Of a stretch of 64,000 bases of DNA, positions 30,143 to 40,382 are shown in pieces. The position numbers and the translations under genes were made by a program. Origin of the DNA: Spiribacter sp. (lineage in GTDB: Bacteria; Pseudomonadota; Gammaproteobacteria; Nitrococcales; Nitrococcaceae); assembly GCA_031581365.1 (NCBI GenBank), contig JAVLBI010000006.1, positions 1,858 through 65,857 on the forward strand, written 5' to 3'. Position 1 is the stretch's first letter; the number at the start of each line of letters is the position of its first letter. The notes beneath the pieces are model-generated. The model saw only the letters and a program-made list of their open reading frames with translations, did not search any database and was not told the origin of the DNA.

Positions 30143-30151
30143 TGGCGAGTG

Positions 30152-31609
30152 CTAGCGCCGCCAAAACGCGGGGGTAAACAACACAAGCAATGTAAAAATC
30201 TCCAATCGCCCCATAATCATCGCCACACACATCACTAACTTCGGTCCATCACCAACACTAGCAAAGTTAGCGGCCACATCACCCAGTGCGGGGCCTAAGT
30301 TCGCTAAGCCAGAGGCCACCGCGGAAAACGCGGTTACCTGATCCAAGCCCATGGCCAAAAGCAATAACAACAGGACAACAAACAACACCACATACGCGGC
30401 AAAAAAGCCCCAAACCGCATCAATGACACGACCACTCACTGGCCGATCACCGATTTTGACGTGAATCTCAGCTTGCGGATGAATCAGCCGGACGACTTCA
30501 CGATTGCCTTGGCGCCACAGTAATAAAACCCGAATGACTTTCAGCCCGCCCGATGTCGAATTAGCACATCCGCCCACCACGGCAATAAACAACAGCAACA
30601 CCGGTAGAAAGGCAGGCCAAATATAATAGGACGCGGTGGTATAGCCCGTCGTGGTCGCGAAAGAGACCACCTGGAAAATGGCGTGATGCCAAGTTTCATT
30701 CAGCGGCAAATTATGCGCCGCCTGATAGATCAACAAGCCGCCAATGACCAGCACGCACGCCGCGGCCACACCAATTAAGAAAGTCACTAACTCGGGGTCA
30801 GAGCGCCACGGCTCCGTACTCATTCGCCGCCAAGCCATAAAATGCAATGAATAGTTCAATGCGGAAATGAGCATGAACACCACCGCAATCATTTCAATCA
30901 CGGCACTATCAAAATAGCCAATACTCGCGTCATGGGTGGAAAATCCACCCGTTGCGATGGTCGTAAATGAGTGGGTGATGGCATCAAACACGCTCATGCC
31001 AGCTAACCAATAGGCAAGCGCACAAATCGCGGTTAACCCCATGTAAATGTACCAAAGGGCTTTTGCCGTTTCTGCGATACGTGGGGTGAGTTTGGCGTCT
31101 TTAACTGGCCCCGGCAGCTCGGCGCGATAGAGCTGCATGCCACCAATGCCAAGCATCGGCAAAATCGCTACAGCCAGAACAATTATGCCCATACCGCCTA
31201 ACCACTGCAGTTGCTGGCGATAGTACTGAATAGAGATCGGTAAATGATCAATACCAATAATGCCGGTCGCGCCGGTCGTTGTGAGCCCCGAAACACTCTC
31301 AAATAGTGCATCAACAATGGAAAAACTCACTTCGCTTTGCAGCAGCAGTGGCAGTGAGCCTGCAGCGCCTAACACCACCCAAAACATGGCCACCACAAAA
31401 AACCCATCACGGGTTCGAAGCTCTCGGCGTGAACGGCGAACTGGCAGCCAAAGCAAGCCACCAAGGGTAAACAATAGAGTGAACGTGACAAAGAATGCGC
31501 TGGCTACGCCATCGGCTGAGATAAGCGACAACAAGCCAGGTGGCAACATTGTCATGCTGAACACCATCAGCAGAACACCAAGGACACGTTGGACGGCATC
31601 AGGATGCAT
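30152..31609 (-). CDS. trkH: Trk K+ uptake membrane subunit
   Basis: FESVSGLTTTGAT, QWLGGMGII, IATGGFS, STSGGLKVIR, MGRLEIFT. Confidence 0.96.
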   Translation of the reverse strand: MHPDAVQRVLGVLLMVFSMTMLPPGLLSLISADGVASAFFVTFTLLFTLGGLLWLPVRRSRRELRTRDGFFVVAMFWVVLGAAGSLPLLLQSEVSFSIVDALFESVSGLTTTGATGIIGIDHLPISIQYYRQQLQWLGGMGIIVLAVAILPMLGIGGMQLYRAELPGPVKDAKLTPRIAETAKALWYIYMGLTAICALAYWLAGMSVFDAITHSFTTIATGGFSTHDASIGYFDSAVIEMIAVVFMLISALNYSLHFMAWRRMSTEPWRSDPELVTFLIGVAAACVLVIGGLLIYQAAHNLPLNETWHHAIFQVVSFATTTGYTTASYYIWPAFLPVLLLFIAVVGGCANSTSGGLKVIRVLLLWRQGNREVVRLIHPQAEIHVKIGDRPVSGRVIDAVWGFFAAYVVLFVVLLLLLLAMGLDQVTAFSAVASGLANLGPALGDVAANFASVGDGPKLVMCVAMIMGRLEIFTLLVLFTPAFWRR

Positions 31610-31626
31610 GGTGTGTGCGCTCTGAC

Positions 31627-33003
31627 TTACAAAAAGGTAACGCCAACGGAGAAGAGTTTCTCAACATCGGCAAGACGGGTTTTATCCACTAAAAACAAAA
31701 TCACGTGGTCTTCAGGCTCGATCACCGTGTCATGGTGGGCCATGACGACCTCTTCGCCACGCACAATCGCGCCAATCGTCGTGCCGCGGGGGAGACGAAT
31801 TTGCTCAATGCGCTTACCCACGACCTCTGAGCTTCCCGCATCGCCATGCGCCACGGCCTCGATGGCCTCAGCCGCGCCACGACGCAAGCTATGCACCGCG
31901 GCCACATCACCGCGGCGTATATGCGCTAGCAAACTACCTATCGTCGCCTGCTGAGGCGAGATCGCGACATCGATATCATCACTCGATTGAATTAGATCGA
32001 CATAGGCCGCTCGATTAATCAGCGCCATCACCGTTCGCGCGCCGCGACGCTTTGCGAGCATCGCCGAGAGGATATTGGCTTCATCATCATTCGTGAGCGC
32101 GCAGAAAACATCCGTATTTTCAATATTCTCCTCAAGCAGCAAATCCTCATCAGCGGCATCCCCGCGCAGGACAATGGTCTTTTTCAAATCATCAGCAATC
32201 GCCCTACACCGAGTGGCATTGTGTTCAATGATTTTGACCTGATATCGCGACTCGAGTGATTGTGCCAGACGCGTCCCAATGTTGCCGCCACCGGCGAGCA
32301 TAATGCGCTTGACCGGTTTATCGAGGCGCCGCAGCTCACTCATCACCGCACGAATATTTTTTCTCGCGGCAACAAAAAACACTTCATCGCCCGCCTCAAC
32401 AATCGTATCGCCCTCAGGAATGATGGCGCTGCCGCGGCGATAGATTGCCGCTACCCGCGTTTGCACACCGGGGACATGTTCTCGCAACGTCCGCAGTGCT
32501 TGGCCCACCAGCGGCCCGCCGTAATACGCACGCACACCCACTAAGCGGACTCGACCGTCGGCAAAATCCATGACTTGCAAAGCCCCCGGATGTTCAATCA
32601 GCCGGCGCACATATTGCGTCACCAGTTGCTCAGGACTAATCAGCACATCGATCGGCAGCGCATCAGGGGCAAAGATTTGTGGGTGGGATAAGTACTCAAC
32701 CGCGCGAACACGAGCAATTTTTGTTGGCGTATGAAACAGCGTAGCGGCAATTTGGCAGGCCACCATATTGGCCTCATCCGAGTTGGTGACCGCAATCACC
32801 ATATCGGCGTCATCAGCGCCAGCCCGCTCTAGAACATCCGGATAGGTAGCATTGCCAGCAATGGTTCGAAGATCCAATCGATCCTGTAGACCCTGCAAGA
32901 TGCCGGCATCCTTATCGACCACCGTAATCTCGTTGTCTTCACTGGTGAGATTAGCCGCCACCGTGCCGCCGACTTGTCCGGCGCCAAGAATAATGATTTT
33001 CAT
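31627..33003 (-). CDS. trkA: Trk K+ uptake NAD-binding subunit
   Basis: [12 protein letters not shown], two RCK modules, LAGGGNIG. Confidence 0.97.
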   Translation of the reverse strand: MKIIILGAGQVGGTVAANLTSEDNEITVVDKDAGILQGLQDRLDLRTIAGNATYPDVLERAGADDADMVIAVTNSDEANMVACQIAATLFHTPTKIARVRAVEYLSHPQIFAPDALPIDVLISPEQLVTQYVRRLIEHPGALQVMDFADGRVRLVGVRAYYGGPLVGQALRTLREHVPGVQTRVAAIYRRGSAIIPEGDTIVEAGDEVFFVAARKNIRAVMSELRRLDKPVKRIMLAGGGNIGTRLAQSLESRYQVKIIEHNATRCRAIADDLKKTIVLRGDAADEDLLLEENIENTDVFCALTNDDEANILSAMLAKRRGARTVMALINRAAYVDLIQSSDDIDVAISPQQATIGSLLAHIRRGDVAAVHSLRRGAAEAIEAVAHGDAGSSEVVGKRIEQIRLPRGTTIGAIVRGEEVVMAHHDTVIEPEDHVILFLVDKTRLADVEKLFSVGVTFL

Positions 33004-34385
33004 AGCCCCACACCCCCTGGGTCTTGGCGGTCTTTTGGATCAATACCGAGCGAGCGCAATTTACGATATAAGTGCGTCCGCTCCATCCCCGCTAATCGCG
33101 CCAATCGGGCAACACTACCCCCGGCGCGCTGGAGCTGTTGCTGCAAATAAGCGCGCTCAAATTGCTCACGTGCCTCGCGCAATGGCAAATCGAGCGATAA
33201 GGCCGGCAGCCACTGGCCACCCGATACCTGCGAGTCATCGCCGCGGTTCTGCAAGGCCTCTGTTACCTCGGCAACATCGATTTCAAGCCCATCGCCTAGC
33301 ACCAATAAACGCTGGACTAAATTGCGCAATTCAAGCACGTTGCCAGGCCATTCGTGGTTGCGAAGACGGTTTTGTGCCGCCACCGTAAACCGTCGGTAAC
33401 TGAGCTGCTCCGTGTCGACGAGCCGATCAACATAAAATTGCACTAATTCAGGAATATCTTCGGCATGATCGCGCAGCGGCGGCACCCGCATAGGAACCAC
33501 ACCTAGCGCAAAACTTAGATCCTGCCGAAAACGACCGGCCGCTACCTGAGCACTTAAGTCATGCCGGGTAATGGCGATCATGCGCACATCGAGTGGAATA
33601 CGAGCACTACCGCCAACCCGCTGGAAGCTGCCCGCATCAATGGCGGCAGCAAGTCGAGTCTGTGCCTCAGCGTCCAAATCGGTCACGCCATCAATAACCA
33701 ACGTGCCGCCGGCCGCAGCTTCAAGCCGGCCAAGCGCCATACCCGATTCCTCTTCCACACCAAACAGCTCTTCCGCCGCGGCATGACCGGCAATAGTGCC
33801 GGCGGCCACTTCAACCAATGGACCGGCGGCGCGATGACTTAAGCGGTGCAAATACCTCGCCAAGCATTTCCGCCCACTACCTGACTCACCGGTAATGAGG
33901 ACCCAACCCTCGGTGGTGGCGACCCGCGCCGCCTGATCGCGTAAATGTCGCATCGCTTGACTACGCCCCACCGGCTCGATCGCAATCGAACCTGATGCAT
34001 CGACTGGGTGAGCAACTCCTTGCTCAAGGGCTTTTTCCACCGTTACCAAAAGTTTGCCCATGGATAACGGTTTTTCAACAAAATCGGTGGCCCCATGGCG
34101 AGTGGCCTCGACAGCAGTTTCCACCGTGCCATGGCCAGAGATCATAACCACCGGCCACTCCATCGCACCGCCACTTTCCCATTCACGTAACAGCGAAATG
34201 CCGTCCTCGCCTGGCATCCAAATATCTAGCAACACCAAATCAGGACGGCGCTCATACAGTCGCTCTCGCGCCTCGGCCGCGCTTTGCGCTGTGGTAACCG
34301 CATAGCCTTCATCTTCAAGAATTTCACGTACGAGCCCGCGAATATCTGGCTCGTCATCGACGACGAGCACATAGGCTTTGCTCAT
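33000..34385 (-). CDS. ntrX: NtrX-type response regulator (REC, degenerate AAA+, Fis HTH)
   Basis: [46 protein letters not shown]; conserved position between ntrY and trkA. Confidence 0.85.
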   Translation of the reverse strand: MSKAYVLVVDDEPDIRGLVREILEDEGYAVTTAQSAAEARERLYERRPDLVLLDIWMPGEDGISLLREWESGGAMEWPVVMISGHGTVETAVEATRHGATDFVEKPLSMGKLLVTVEKALEQGVAHPVDASGSIAIEPVGRSQAMRHLRDQAARVATTEGWVLITGESGSGRKCLARYLHRLSHRAAGPLVEVAAGTIAGHAAAEELFGVEEESGMALGRLEAAAGGTLVIDGVTDLDAEAQTRLAAAIDAGSFQRVGGSARIPLDVRMIAITRHDLSAQVAAGRFRQDLSFALGVVPMRVPPLRDHAEDIPELVQFYVDRLVDTEQLSYRRFTVAAQNRLRNHEWPGNVLELRNLVQRLLVLGDGLEIDVAEVTEALQNRGDDSQVSGGQWLPALSLDLPLREAREQFERAYLQQQLQRAGGSVARLARLAGMERTHLYRKLRSLGIDPKDRQDPGGVGL

Positions 34386-36559
34386 TGACTGTCCCCCGTT
34401 CGGGTATCACTTGCCATGCGTTGGGGCAGGCGTACCGAAATTCGCGCACCGCCATCAACATTCCGCGCACTAATCATGCCATTGTGCTCTTCGACAATCT
34501 TCTTGACGATGGCAAGGCCAAGTCCAGAGCCCCGCGGTTTGGTGCTCACATAGGGTTCAAAGAGCTGATTGAGCATTGACTCCGCAAACCCCGGGCCATT
34601 GTCCTGCACATGCAGCTCAAGCATATCGGCGTAGCGTCCCTCGCCCTCGGCGGTTTCTACGCTAACCTGACACTCGCCTGCGCCGGCGGCCTCCAATGCA
34701 TTGCGCAATAGATTATTGAGTAGCTGGCGGAGCCGGCCGGGGTCGGCTTCAAGACGCGGCAAGTCGGCAGCTAAGGCTAAATTAAATGTTGGCTGCTCGG
34801 ATTCCCCGCGGTAGAGCTCAACCACTTCGTTGACCAAACGGTTCAAATCGACTGCTTGCGGGCGCAGGGTGGGCGGCCGGGCATATTCAGAAAAAGCCTG
34901 AACCATATCTTTCATGGCCTCGACCTGATGAATAATCGTTTCGGTCGAGCGTTGCATTAACGCCGCCTGATCACCACTCAAGCCCTCACCAATTTTATGC
35001 TGCAGTCGCTCCGCCGATAGTTGTATTGGCGTTAATGGGTTCCGAATCTCATGCGCTAAGCGTCGGGCCACCTCACCCCATGCAGAATCACGCTGCGCTT
35101 GTATAAGCGTTGTGACATCGTCAAAAACAATGACATCCCCACCACTATCACCCTCACCAGGCAGCACCGCACCACTGCACATCAGCGAGCGCCTGCCCTC
35201 GCTGGTATCAATAACTAACTCCGCCCGCCACTCATTGGCGTTGCCCTGACAATGCCCCGCTACCCATTCGGCAAACGGCCCAAAATTTGGATATCGAGCG
35301 GCTAGAGCTGATAGCGGATGCCCTACGCCCTCGGCGAGCGGTACTGACAAAATGGCTGAGGCGGCCTGATTAAACGTTCGTAAACTGCCATCAGGTGCTA
35401 GCGCTAAAACACCGGAAGAAAGGCGCCCGAGCACCGTCTCTAAATACGCGCGCTGGGATTCCACCAACGCTTGGCTTTGCCGGGCCGCATCGCGAACTTC
35501 GGCCACGCGCTGACTCATATCGTTAAACGATCGCACCAGAAAACCGAGCTCATCGTTACCACCCGGTGGCAGCTGTGTGCCGTACTCGCCTGCCGCCATT
35601 GCCCGCGTGCCCTCAGCAAGCCGACTGACCGGCGCCACTAAACGCCGAGCCAAATAAAATGCCGACCACACTGCAAAAAGGAGCGAGAGCAACAGTACCA
35701 ACGATAGCGTTAAGCTAAAACTATCCTTTAGCGGGCCCCGCAAGTAAGCCAATTCGCGGTATTCACTAAACGCGGTCTCCACCTCATCGGCCAAATCATT
35801 CATTCGCGGAGATACTTGGAAAAGACCCTGCAAAATACGCTTACTACTAGGTCCCGATGGCCCTGGTGCCTGTACCAATGCACGAATATGCAGACCGGCA
35901 TTCTCAATCGGATCAAGGCCCACATAGGGCCGGCCCTGCCGGAGCTGTAGCAAAATACTCTCCTCCGGGCGATGCGGCAGAATGTTCGCCGTATCAATAC
36001 TGCTAGCGGCAATAATGCGGCCATTCTCACCTAGCAAAACCAGCTCAGAAGCCCCCGTGCGAGCACGTAGGTCACCAAGCGTAATGGGTACCATTTCACC
36101 TTCGACATCCGAGAGCTCACCGGCCGCATCCTCGAGGCGTTGTTGCATATCGCGCATGCGCTGATCGAGCGAGGCCTGGGATAACGTCAGCGCGTCATCA
36201 AGTGCCCGCTCAATACGCACATCAAACCAACTATCAACGCCGCGTTGGAGAAACTGCATCGAAAAGCCATACACCACCATGCCGGGAAGCACTGCCAAAA
36301 CCACGAATAAGGCCATTAACCGCAGCGTCAATCGGCTGCCTGCCTCGCGTAAGCGAAGCGATCGCGTTAATTGCCAGAGATTATTGACGATCAGCCCAAG
36401 CAGAATAAACAACACCACGCCGTTTAATAACAGCAGCCACAGATACAAGCGGCCAAAGCGCGCGGTATTTTCTGTCGCCGCGCTTAATAGATACAGCGAT
36501 AGAATGAGCAAAACGCTCAAAACAATACGCACCCATCCCTGCCGCGGCAGCCGGATCAT
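34382..36559 (-). CDS. ntrY: NtrY-type sensor histidine kinase (HAMP-PAS-HisKA-HATPase)
   Basis: WGEVARRLAHEIRNPLTPIQL, DNGPG, EPYVSTKPRGSGLGLAIV; ATG 36559 overlaps the upstream stop. Confidence 0.88.
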   Translation of the reverse strand: MIRLPRQGWVRIVLSVLLILSLYLLSAATENTARFGRLYLWLLLLNGVVLFILLGLIVNNLWQLTRSLRLREAGSRLTLRLMALFVVLAVLPGMVVYGFSMQFLQRGVDSWFDVRIERALDDALTLSQASLDQRMRDMQQRLEDAAGELSDVEGEMVPITLGDLRARTGASELVLLGENGRIIAASSIDTANILPHRPEESILLQLRQGRPYVGLDPIENAGLHIRALVQAPGPSGPSSKRILQGLFQVSPRMNDLADEVETAFSEYRELAYLRGPLKDSFSLTLSLVLLLSLLFAVWSAFYLARRLVAPVSRLAEGTRAMAAGEYGTQLPPGGNDELGFLVRSFNDMSQRVAEVRDAARQSQALVESQRAYLETVLGRLSSGVLALAPDGSLRTFNQAASAILSVPLAEGVGHPLSALAARYPNFGPFAEWVAGHCQGNANEWRAELVIDTSEGRRSLMCSGAVLPGEGDSGGDVIVFDDVTTLIQAQRDSAWGEVARRLAHEIRNPLTPIQLSAERLQHKIGEGLSGDQAALMQRSTETIIHQVEAMKDMVQAFSEYARPPTLRPQAVDLNRLVNEVVELYRGESEQPTFNLALAADLPRLEADPGRLRQLLNNLLRNALEAAGAGECQVSVETAEGEGRYADMLELHVQDNGPGFAESMLNQLFEPYVSTKPRGSGLGLAIVKKIVEEHNGMISARNVDGGARISVRLPQRMASDTRTGDSQ

Positions 36560-37140
36560 GGCAGCACCACACTGTGGCTTACCGACGGACTGCGCAGTTT
36601 CCAATCGGCATTCACCAATGCGACTGTGCGCAGCAAACGGGGGAGCGTATCGAGTTCGAGCTGGGTCATTAACACCACGTCGTAATGGCCTGATGCATTC
36701 AATTGGTCATCGTGAATGACTGGCCACGCTTCAATATTGCCTAGGCGAGCCAAAAGACTATCGAGGTTGCGAAAACTACGGCTATCTCCATTAGCAAGCC
36801 GCGTTAAAACATAACGCCGACTAATCGCATGATATTGCAAGCGATAGCGTCGTTGCTGGTTAATGACGGTGGCATTACTCCACCACCAACGCTTGCGCTC
36901 AAGCCGCAAAGTTTGTGTGATGACCAACTCCACACCATTTTCTAAGGCCTCGATTACGGTATCGCCCAAGGCATACTCAATGCGGGCATCGACGGCTAGC
37001 AAATTATCCTCAACGCGTGGGTTAATTTCATCCACGCTGAATTCGCCCGGTTGGGCAATCGCCGGTGTCGCGACTAGGATCAATCCTAGTGCGAGCGCTA
37101 ATCGTTTAATGCTTTTCCAGACAGGCATAGTAAAAGCCAT
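36556..37140 (-). CDS. DUF4390 domain exported protein
   Basis: Signal peptide; ALENGVEL, RLQYHAISRRY, LDTLPRLL; conserved position between rsmB and ntrY. Confidence 0.8.
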   Translation of the reverse strand: MAFTMPVWKSIKRLALALGLILVATPAIAQPGEFSVDEINPRVEDNLLAVDARIEYALGDTVIEALENGVELVITQTLRLERKRWWWSNATVINQQRRYRLQYHAISRRYVLTRLANGDSRSFRNLDSLLARLGNIEAWPVIHDDQLNASGHYDVVLMTQLELDTLPRLLRTVALVNADWKLRSPSVSHSVVLP

Positions 37141-38392
37141 CTACCCCCGACTCTCCGGTCAGGATTTGCTGACCGTACCCGACCGAGCGACCGACGGGAA
37201 GGTTCAGCGCTATCGGTGTGATCAATTCCTGCTGCGCCACAAACGCCGCGATGAGCGCCTCATTTTCAGCAGGCAGTATTGAGCAGGTGGCATATACCAG
37301 TCGCCCACCAGGCGCTAGCAACGGCCATAACGCTTCGAGCAAGCGCTGCTGTGCGCCTTGTAAGCGGGCAATATCCGAGTCACGGCGCAGCCATTTAATA
37401 TCGGGATGGCGCCGAATCACGCCAGTACCCGAACACGGTGCATCCAACAAAATTCGGTCAAAAAGTTGCCCATCCCACCAGCCATCCGGCTTGCCCGCAT
37501 CACCCACTAATAGGCGGGCTTTTAAGCCAAGCCGATCCAGTTGCGCTGCCATACTACCCAGTCGCTCGGCACTTTGATCAAGGGCGGTTAAATCAATTTG
37601 TGCCCGTTCCAGAAGATGGCCGGTTTTACCGCCGGGCGCAGCACAGGCATCCAAAATCCGTTCACCCTCTTGTGGCGCAAGGCAGTCTGCGGCTAATTGA
37701 GCGGCCGCATCCTGGACCGAAAACCCACCCTGAGCGAAGCCAGGCAACGTATCCACCGCCACCGGCTGGGTGAGCACGCGGGCATCGGCAAAACCCGGTA
37801 GCGGTGTGGTGTCTGCCGGCAGTGCCGGCTGTGGCTGCCGCGCATTCACCCGCAAGGTCATTGGTGCGCGCGTATTTTGTGCAACCAATACATCACGCCA
37901 ATCATCAGGCCAATCGGTTTGTAATCGCTTAAGCAACCAATCAGGGACTGAATACCGGACTGCCGGATTGTTATCGACGGCGGCTAAACATTCGGCCTGC
38001 TCACGCTGAAAGCGCCTTAATACGGCATTGATCAGTTTTGCCGCCCAGTTTTTGCCACGATCGCGAGCCAGTCCAACGGTTTGCGAGACAGCTGCATGCG
38101 CGGGCACCTCCATTGCGAATAACTGATAAAGGCCAAGCTCGATGAGTAGAGCCATATCCTGATCACGCTCGCGTAATGTTGAGCGCAGCAAATGCTCACG
38201 AAGCGCTGCCAGTCGGCGGTGATGGCGCAAGACCCCATAGGTGAGTGCCTGAGAAAAACCACGATCACGCGCATCAGCCAATTGCGGTAAACCACGGGCT
38301 AATGCAGCCTCTAACGATTGGCCTTTGCTGAGTACATCCAGCAAACAATCAAGCGCGACGACTCTCGCTTTAGTTGAGCTGTTCGCCGACAT
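37106..38392 (-). CDS. rsmB: 16S rRNA m5C967 methyltransferase
   Basis: NusB-like N-terminus, SVQDAAAQ, LDACAAPGGKT, LDAPCSGTGVIRRHPDIK, YATCSI. Confidence 0.96.
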   Translation of the reverse strand: MSANSSTKARVVALDCLLDVLSKGQSLEAALARGLPQLADARDRGFSQALTYGVLRHHRRLAALREHLLRSTLRERDQDMALLIELGLYQLFAMEVPAHAAVSQTVGLARDRGKNWAAKLINAVLRRFQREQAECLAAVDNNPAVRYSVPDWLLKRLQTDWPDDWRDVLVAQNTRAPMTLRVNARQPQPALPADTTPLPGFADARVLTQPVAVDTLPGFAQGGFSVQDAAAQLAADCLAPQEGERILDACAAPGGKTGHLLERAQIDLTALDQSAERLGSMAAQLDRLGLKARLLVGDAGKPDGWWDGQLFDRILLDAPCSGTGVIRRHPDIKWLRRDSDIARLQGAQQRLLEALWPLLAPGGRLVYATCSILPAENEALIAAFVAQQELITPIALNLPVGRSVGYGQQILTGESGVDGFYYACLEKH

Positions 38393-39326
38393 TAATGTCA
38401 TGCCCTCGTAGAAATTCATCAGCGGATTGCGGCTTACCGCCCGCCGCCTGAACCTCGGTTAAACGCAACACGCCAGCCGCCGTTGCCACATCAATCCCGG
38501 CAGGATCGACCGCAATAACCGTGCCTGACTCAGCGCCAGCAGCCATCTCCATCGCCTGCGCATTCCAAATGCGCAGTGCCTGTCCCTGACGCTGGGTTCG
38601 AGCCACCGGCCATGGATTAAAAGCACGAACTTTGCGCGCCAGAGTGAGCGCGGGTTGCTGCCAATCCAGCGTGGCCTCAGCGGTTGTGATTTTATTGGCA
38701 TAGGTCACTCCGCGCTCGGACTGCGGCTTGGCCTTTATATCCCCTGCCGCCCAGTCAGCCAGCGTTTGCTCAATTAACTGAGCGCCCATTGATGCAAGGC
38801 GCTCATGCACACTACCGGTCGTATCAGCAACACCAATCGGCGTCGTTTTGGCAACGACAACAGGACCAGTATCCAACCCCGGGGCCATTTCCATTAAACA
38901 CACCCCGGTTTGCTCATCTCCCGCCTCAATGGCGCGATGAATCGGTGCTGCCCCTCGCCACCGCGGTAGCAGTGAGGCATGAATATTAAGACAACCATGG
39001 TTTGGAATAGCCAGAATGGCCGCCGGCAAAATCAATCCATACGCCGCCACGATGAGAACGTCCGGGGCATAACCAGCTAAGGTTGCCTGTGCTGAGGCGT
39101 CAGACAAGCTCGCGGGCTGCTCAATGGGCAGCGCATAGTGCAGCGCGCAGGCCTTAACCGCTGAGGCACGAAGCTGGCGGCCACGGCCGGCGGGACGATC
39201 GGGCTGGGTATATACGGCGACCACCTCATGCGGGCCGTTGATCAATTGCTCGAGCGCAGGCACAGCAAACGCTGGCGTGCCTGCATAGGCCACTCGTAGG
39301 GGTATTGGCGCGTCTGCGTGGTTCAG
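38370..39326 (-). CDS. fmt: Methionyl-tRNA formyltransferase (probable CTG start)
   Basis: AYAGTPAFA, YTQPDRPAGRG, NIHASLLPRWRGAAPIHRA. The frame extends upstream of GTG 39293 to a CTG overlapping the def stop. Confidence 0.95.
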   Translation of the reverse strand: MNHADAPIPLRVAYAGTPAFAVPALEQLINGPHEVVAVYTQPDRPAGRGRQLRASAVKACALHYALPIEQPASLSDASAQATLAGYAPDVLIVAAYGLILPAAILAIPNHGCLNIHASLLPRWRGAAPIHRAIEAGDEQTGVCLMEMAPGLDTGPVVVAKTTPIGVADTTGSVHERLASMGAQLIEQTLADWAAGDIKAKPQSERGVTYANKITTAEATLDWQQPALTLARKVRAFNPWPVARTQRQGQALRIWNAQAMEMAAGAESGTVIAVDPAGIDVATAAGVLRLTEVQAAGGKPQSADEFLRGHDINVGEQLN

Positions 39327-39856
39327 ACAGCGCCCGTTTTCAGCGATGACTCACCGCGTTGACGTGCGGCTTTCTCAAATCGCCGGCGAAGGCGTTTGCG
39401 CTTGAGGTCTGATAGGTGATCGATAAAAAGCCGGCCGGCGAGATGATCAAGCTCATGTTGAATACAGCGCGCATGCAAGCCTTCATAACGCTGCTCAAAG
39501 ATCTCACCCTCGGCATTTTCCGCGCGCAAAGTAATCGCCACCGGACGCTCAACATTATCGGCATACCCAACAATGGACAGACAGCCTTCCTCGGCGACAT
39601 CACAGGTGTCCTCGTAAGCAATAATTTCCGGATTAATAAGCACCTGTGGGGCATCACCCGATTCACTCACATCCATGACCACGACCTGCTCATGGACATC
39701 GATTTGCGTTGCTGCCAAACCAATGCCGGGCGCATCGTACATCGTCTCGAACATGTCACTGATCAGATCGCGAATTCGCGCATCAATTTCATCCACCCGT
39801 TTAGCCGGCGTTCGCAGCCGTGGGTCGGGATATTGCAAAATGTCTCGTATCGCCAT
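39323..39856 (-). CDS. def: Peptide deformylase
   Basis: GIGLAATQI, EGCLSI, QHELDHL. Confidence 0.97.
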   Translation of the reverse strand: MAIRDILQYPDPRLRTPAKRVDEIDARIRDLISDMFETMYDAPGIGLAATQIDVHEQVVVMDVSESGDAPQVLINPEIIAYEDTCDVAEEGCLSIVGYADNVERPVAITLRAENAEGEIFEQRYEGLHARCIQHELDHLAGRLFIDHLSDLKRKRLRRRFEKAARQRGESSLKTGAV

Positions 39857-39918
39857 CGGTTTTCCGTTGAGGGCCGCTGCTTAACGCTGCTAGCCTCAAA
39901 TGCCGTTATTGATTCTCG

Positions 39919-39924
39919 ATTATA
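39919..39924 (-). promoter_or_regulatory. Perfect -10 hexamer upstream of def
   Basis: Minus strand TATAAT, 62 nt before the def ATG; weak -35. Confidence 0.4.
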
Positions 39925-39977
39925 CCGAAACGCATCGAGTGACGGCCAGTGAATACCCGCCGCAACAAGGACCTGTC

Positions 39978-40382
39978 ATGCGATATTTTTTAAGCCCCGG
40001 GGCGATTCTCGGTTTTTGCCTTCTCATAAGCACCCCATTGATTAGTGCTAACCCGCCTATGGTATTTCCTCCTGACGATCATCTGCCGCGGGTATTAATG
40101 GGCGAGGATGGCCGTCGCCTTAATGCAGCAGGCGATCGCATATTGGCCGAAGGATTAGCGGGGCGATCAGCACGGCTTTACTATGTCGTTAGGCCCGGGC
40201 CTAGGTTGCAAGCGCATGAGACAGGCGAGCGCTTGGGCCGCAGCAGTCTTTTATTAGGGCGTGCTCGCGTTGAACGACCGGGCAATCCCGCTCTGCTCGT
40301 CGTTGAAAAAGCCCAGCAAGAAATCCGGCCCGGTGATTATCTGCTACCCGTCCTGCAAGGAGCGCGCAATAATGCCGAATGA
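39978..40382 (+). CDS. Short exported protein resembling the C-terminal part of the TsaP/LysM protein normally found before dprA
   Basis: Signal-peptide-like N-terminus; PRVLMGEDGR...GDRI, VVRPG, TGERLG...LLGRARV, EIRPGDYLLP; syntenic between def and dprA; no LysM motif. Confidence 0.6.
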   Translation: MRYFLSPGAILGFCLLISTPLISANPPMVFPPDDHLPRVLMGEDGRRLNAAGDRILAEGLAGRSARLYYVVRPGPRLQAHETGERLGRSSLLLGRARVERPGNPALLVVEKAQQEIRPGDYLLPVLQGARNNAE

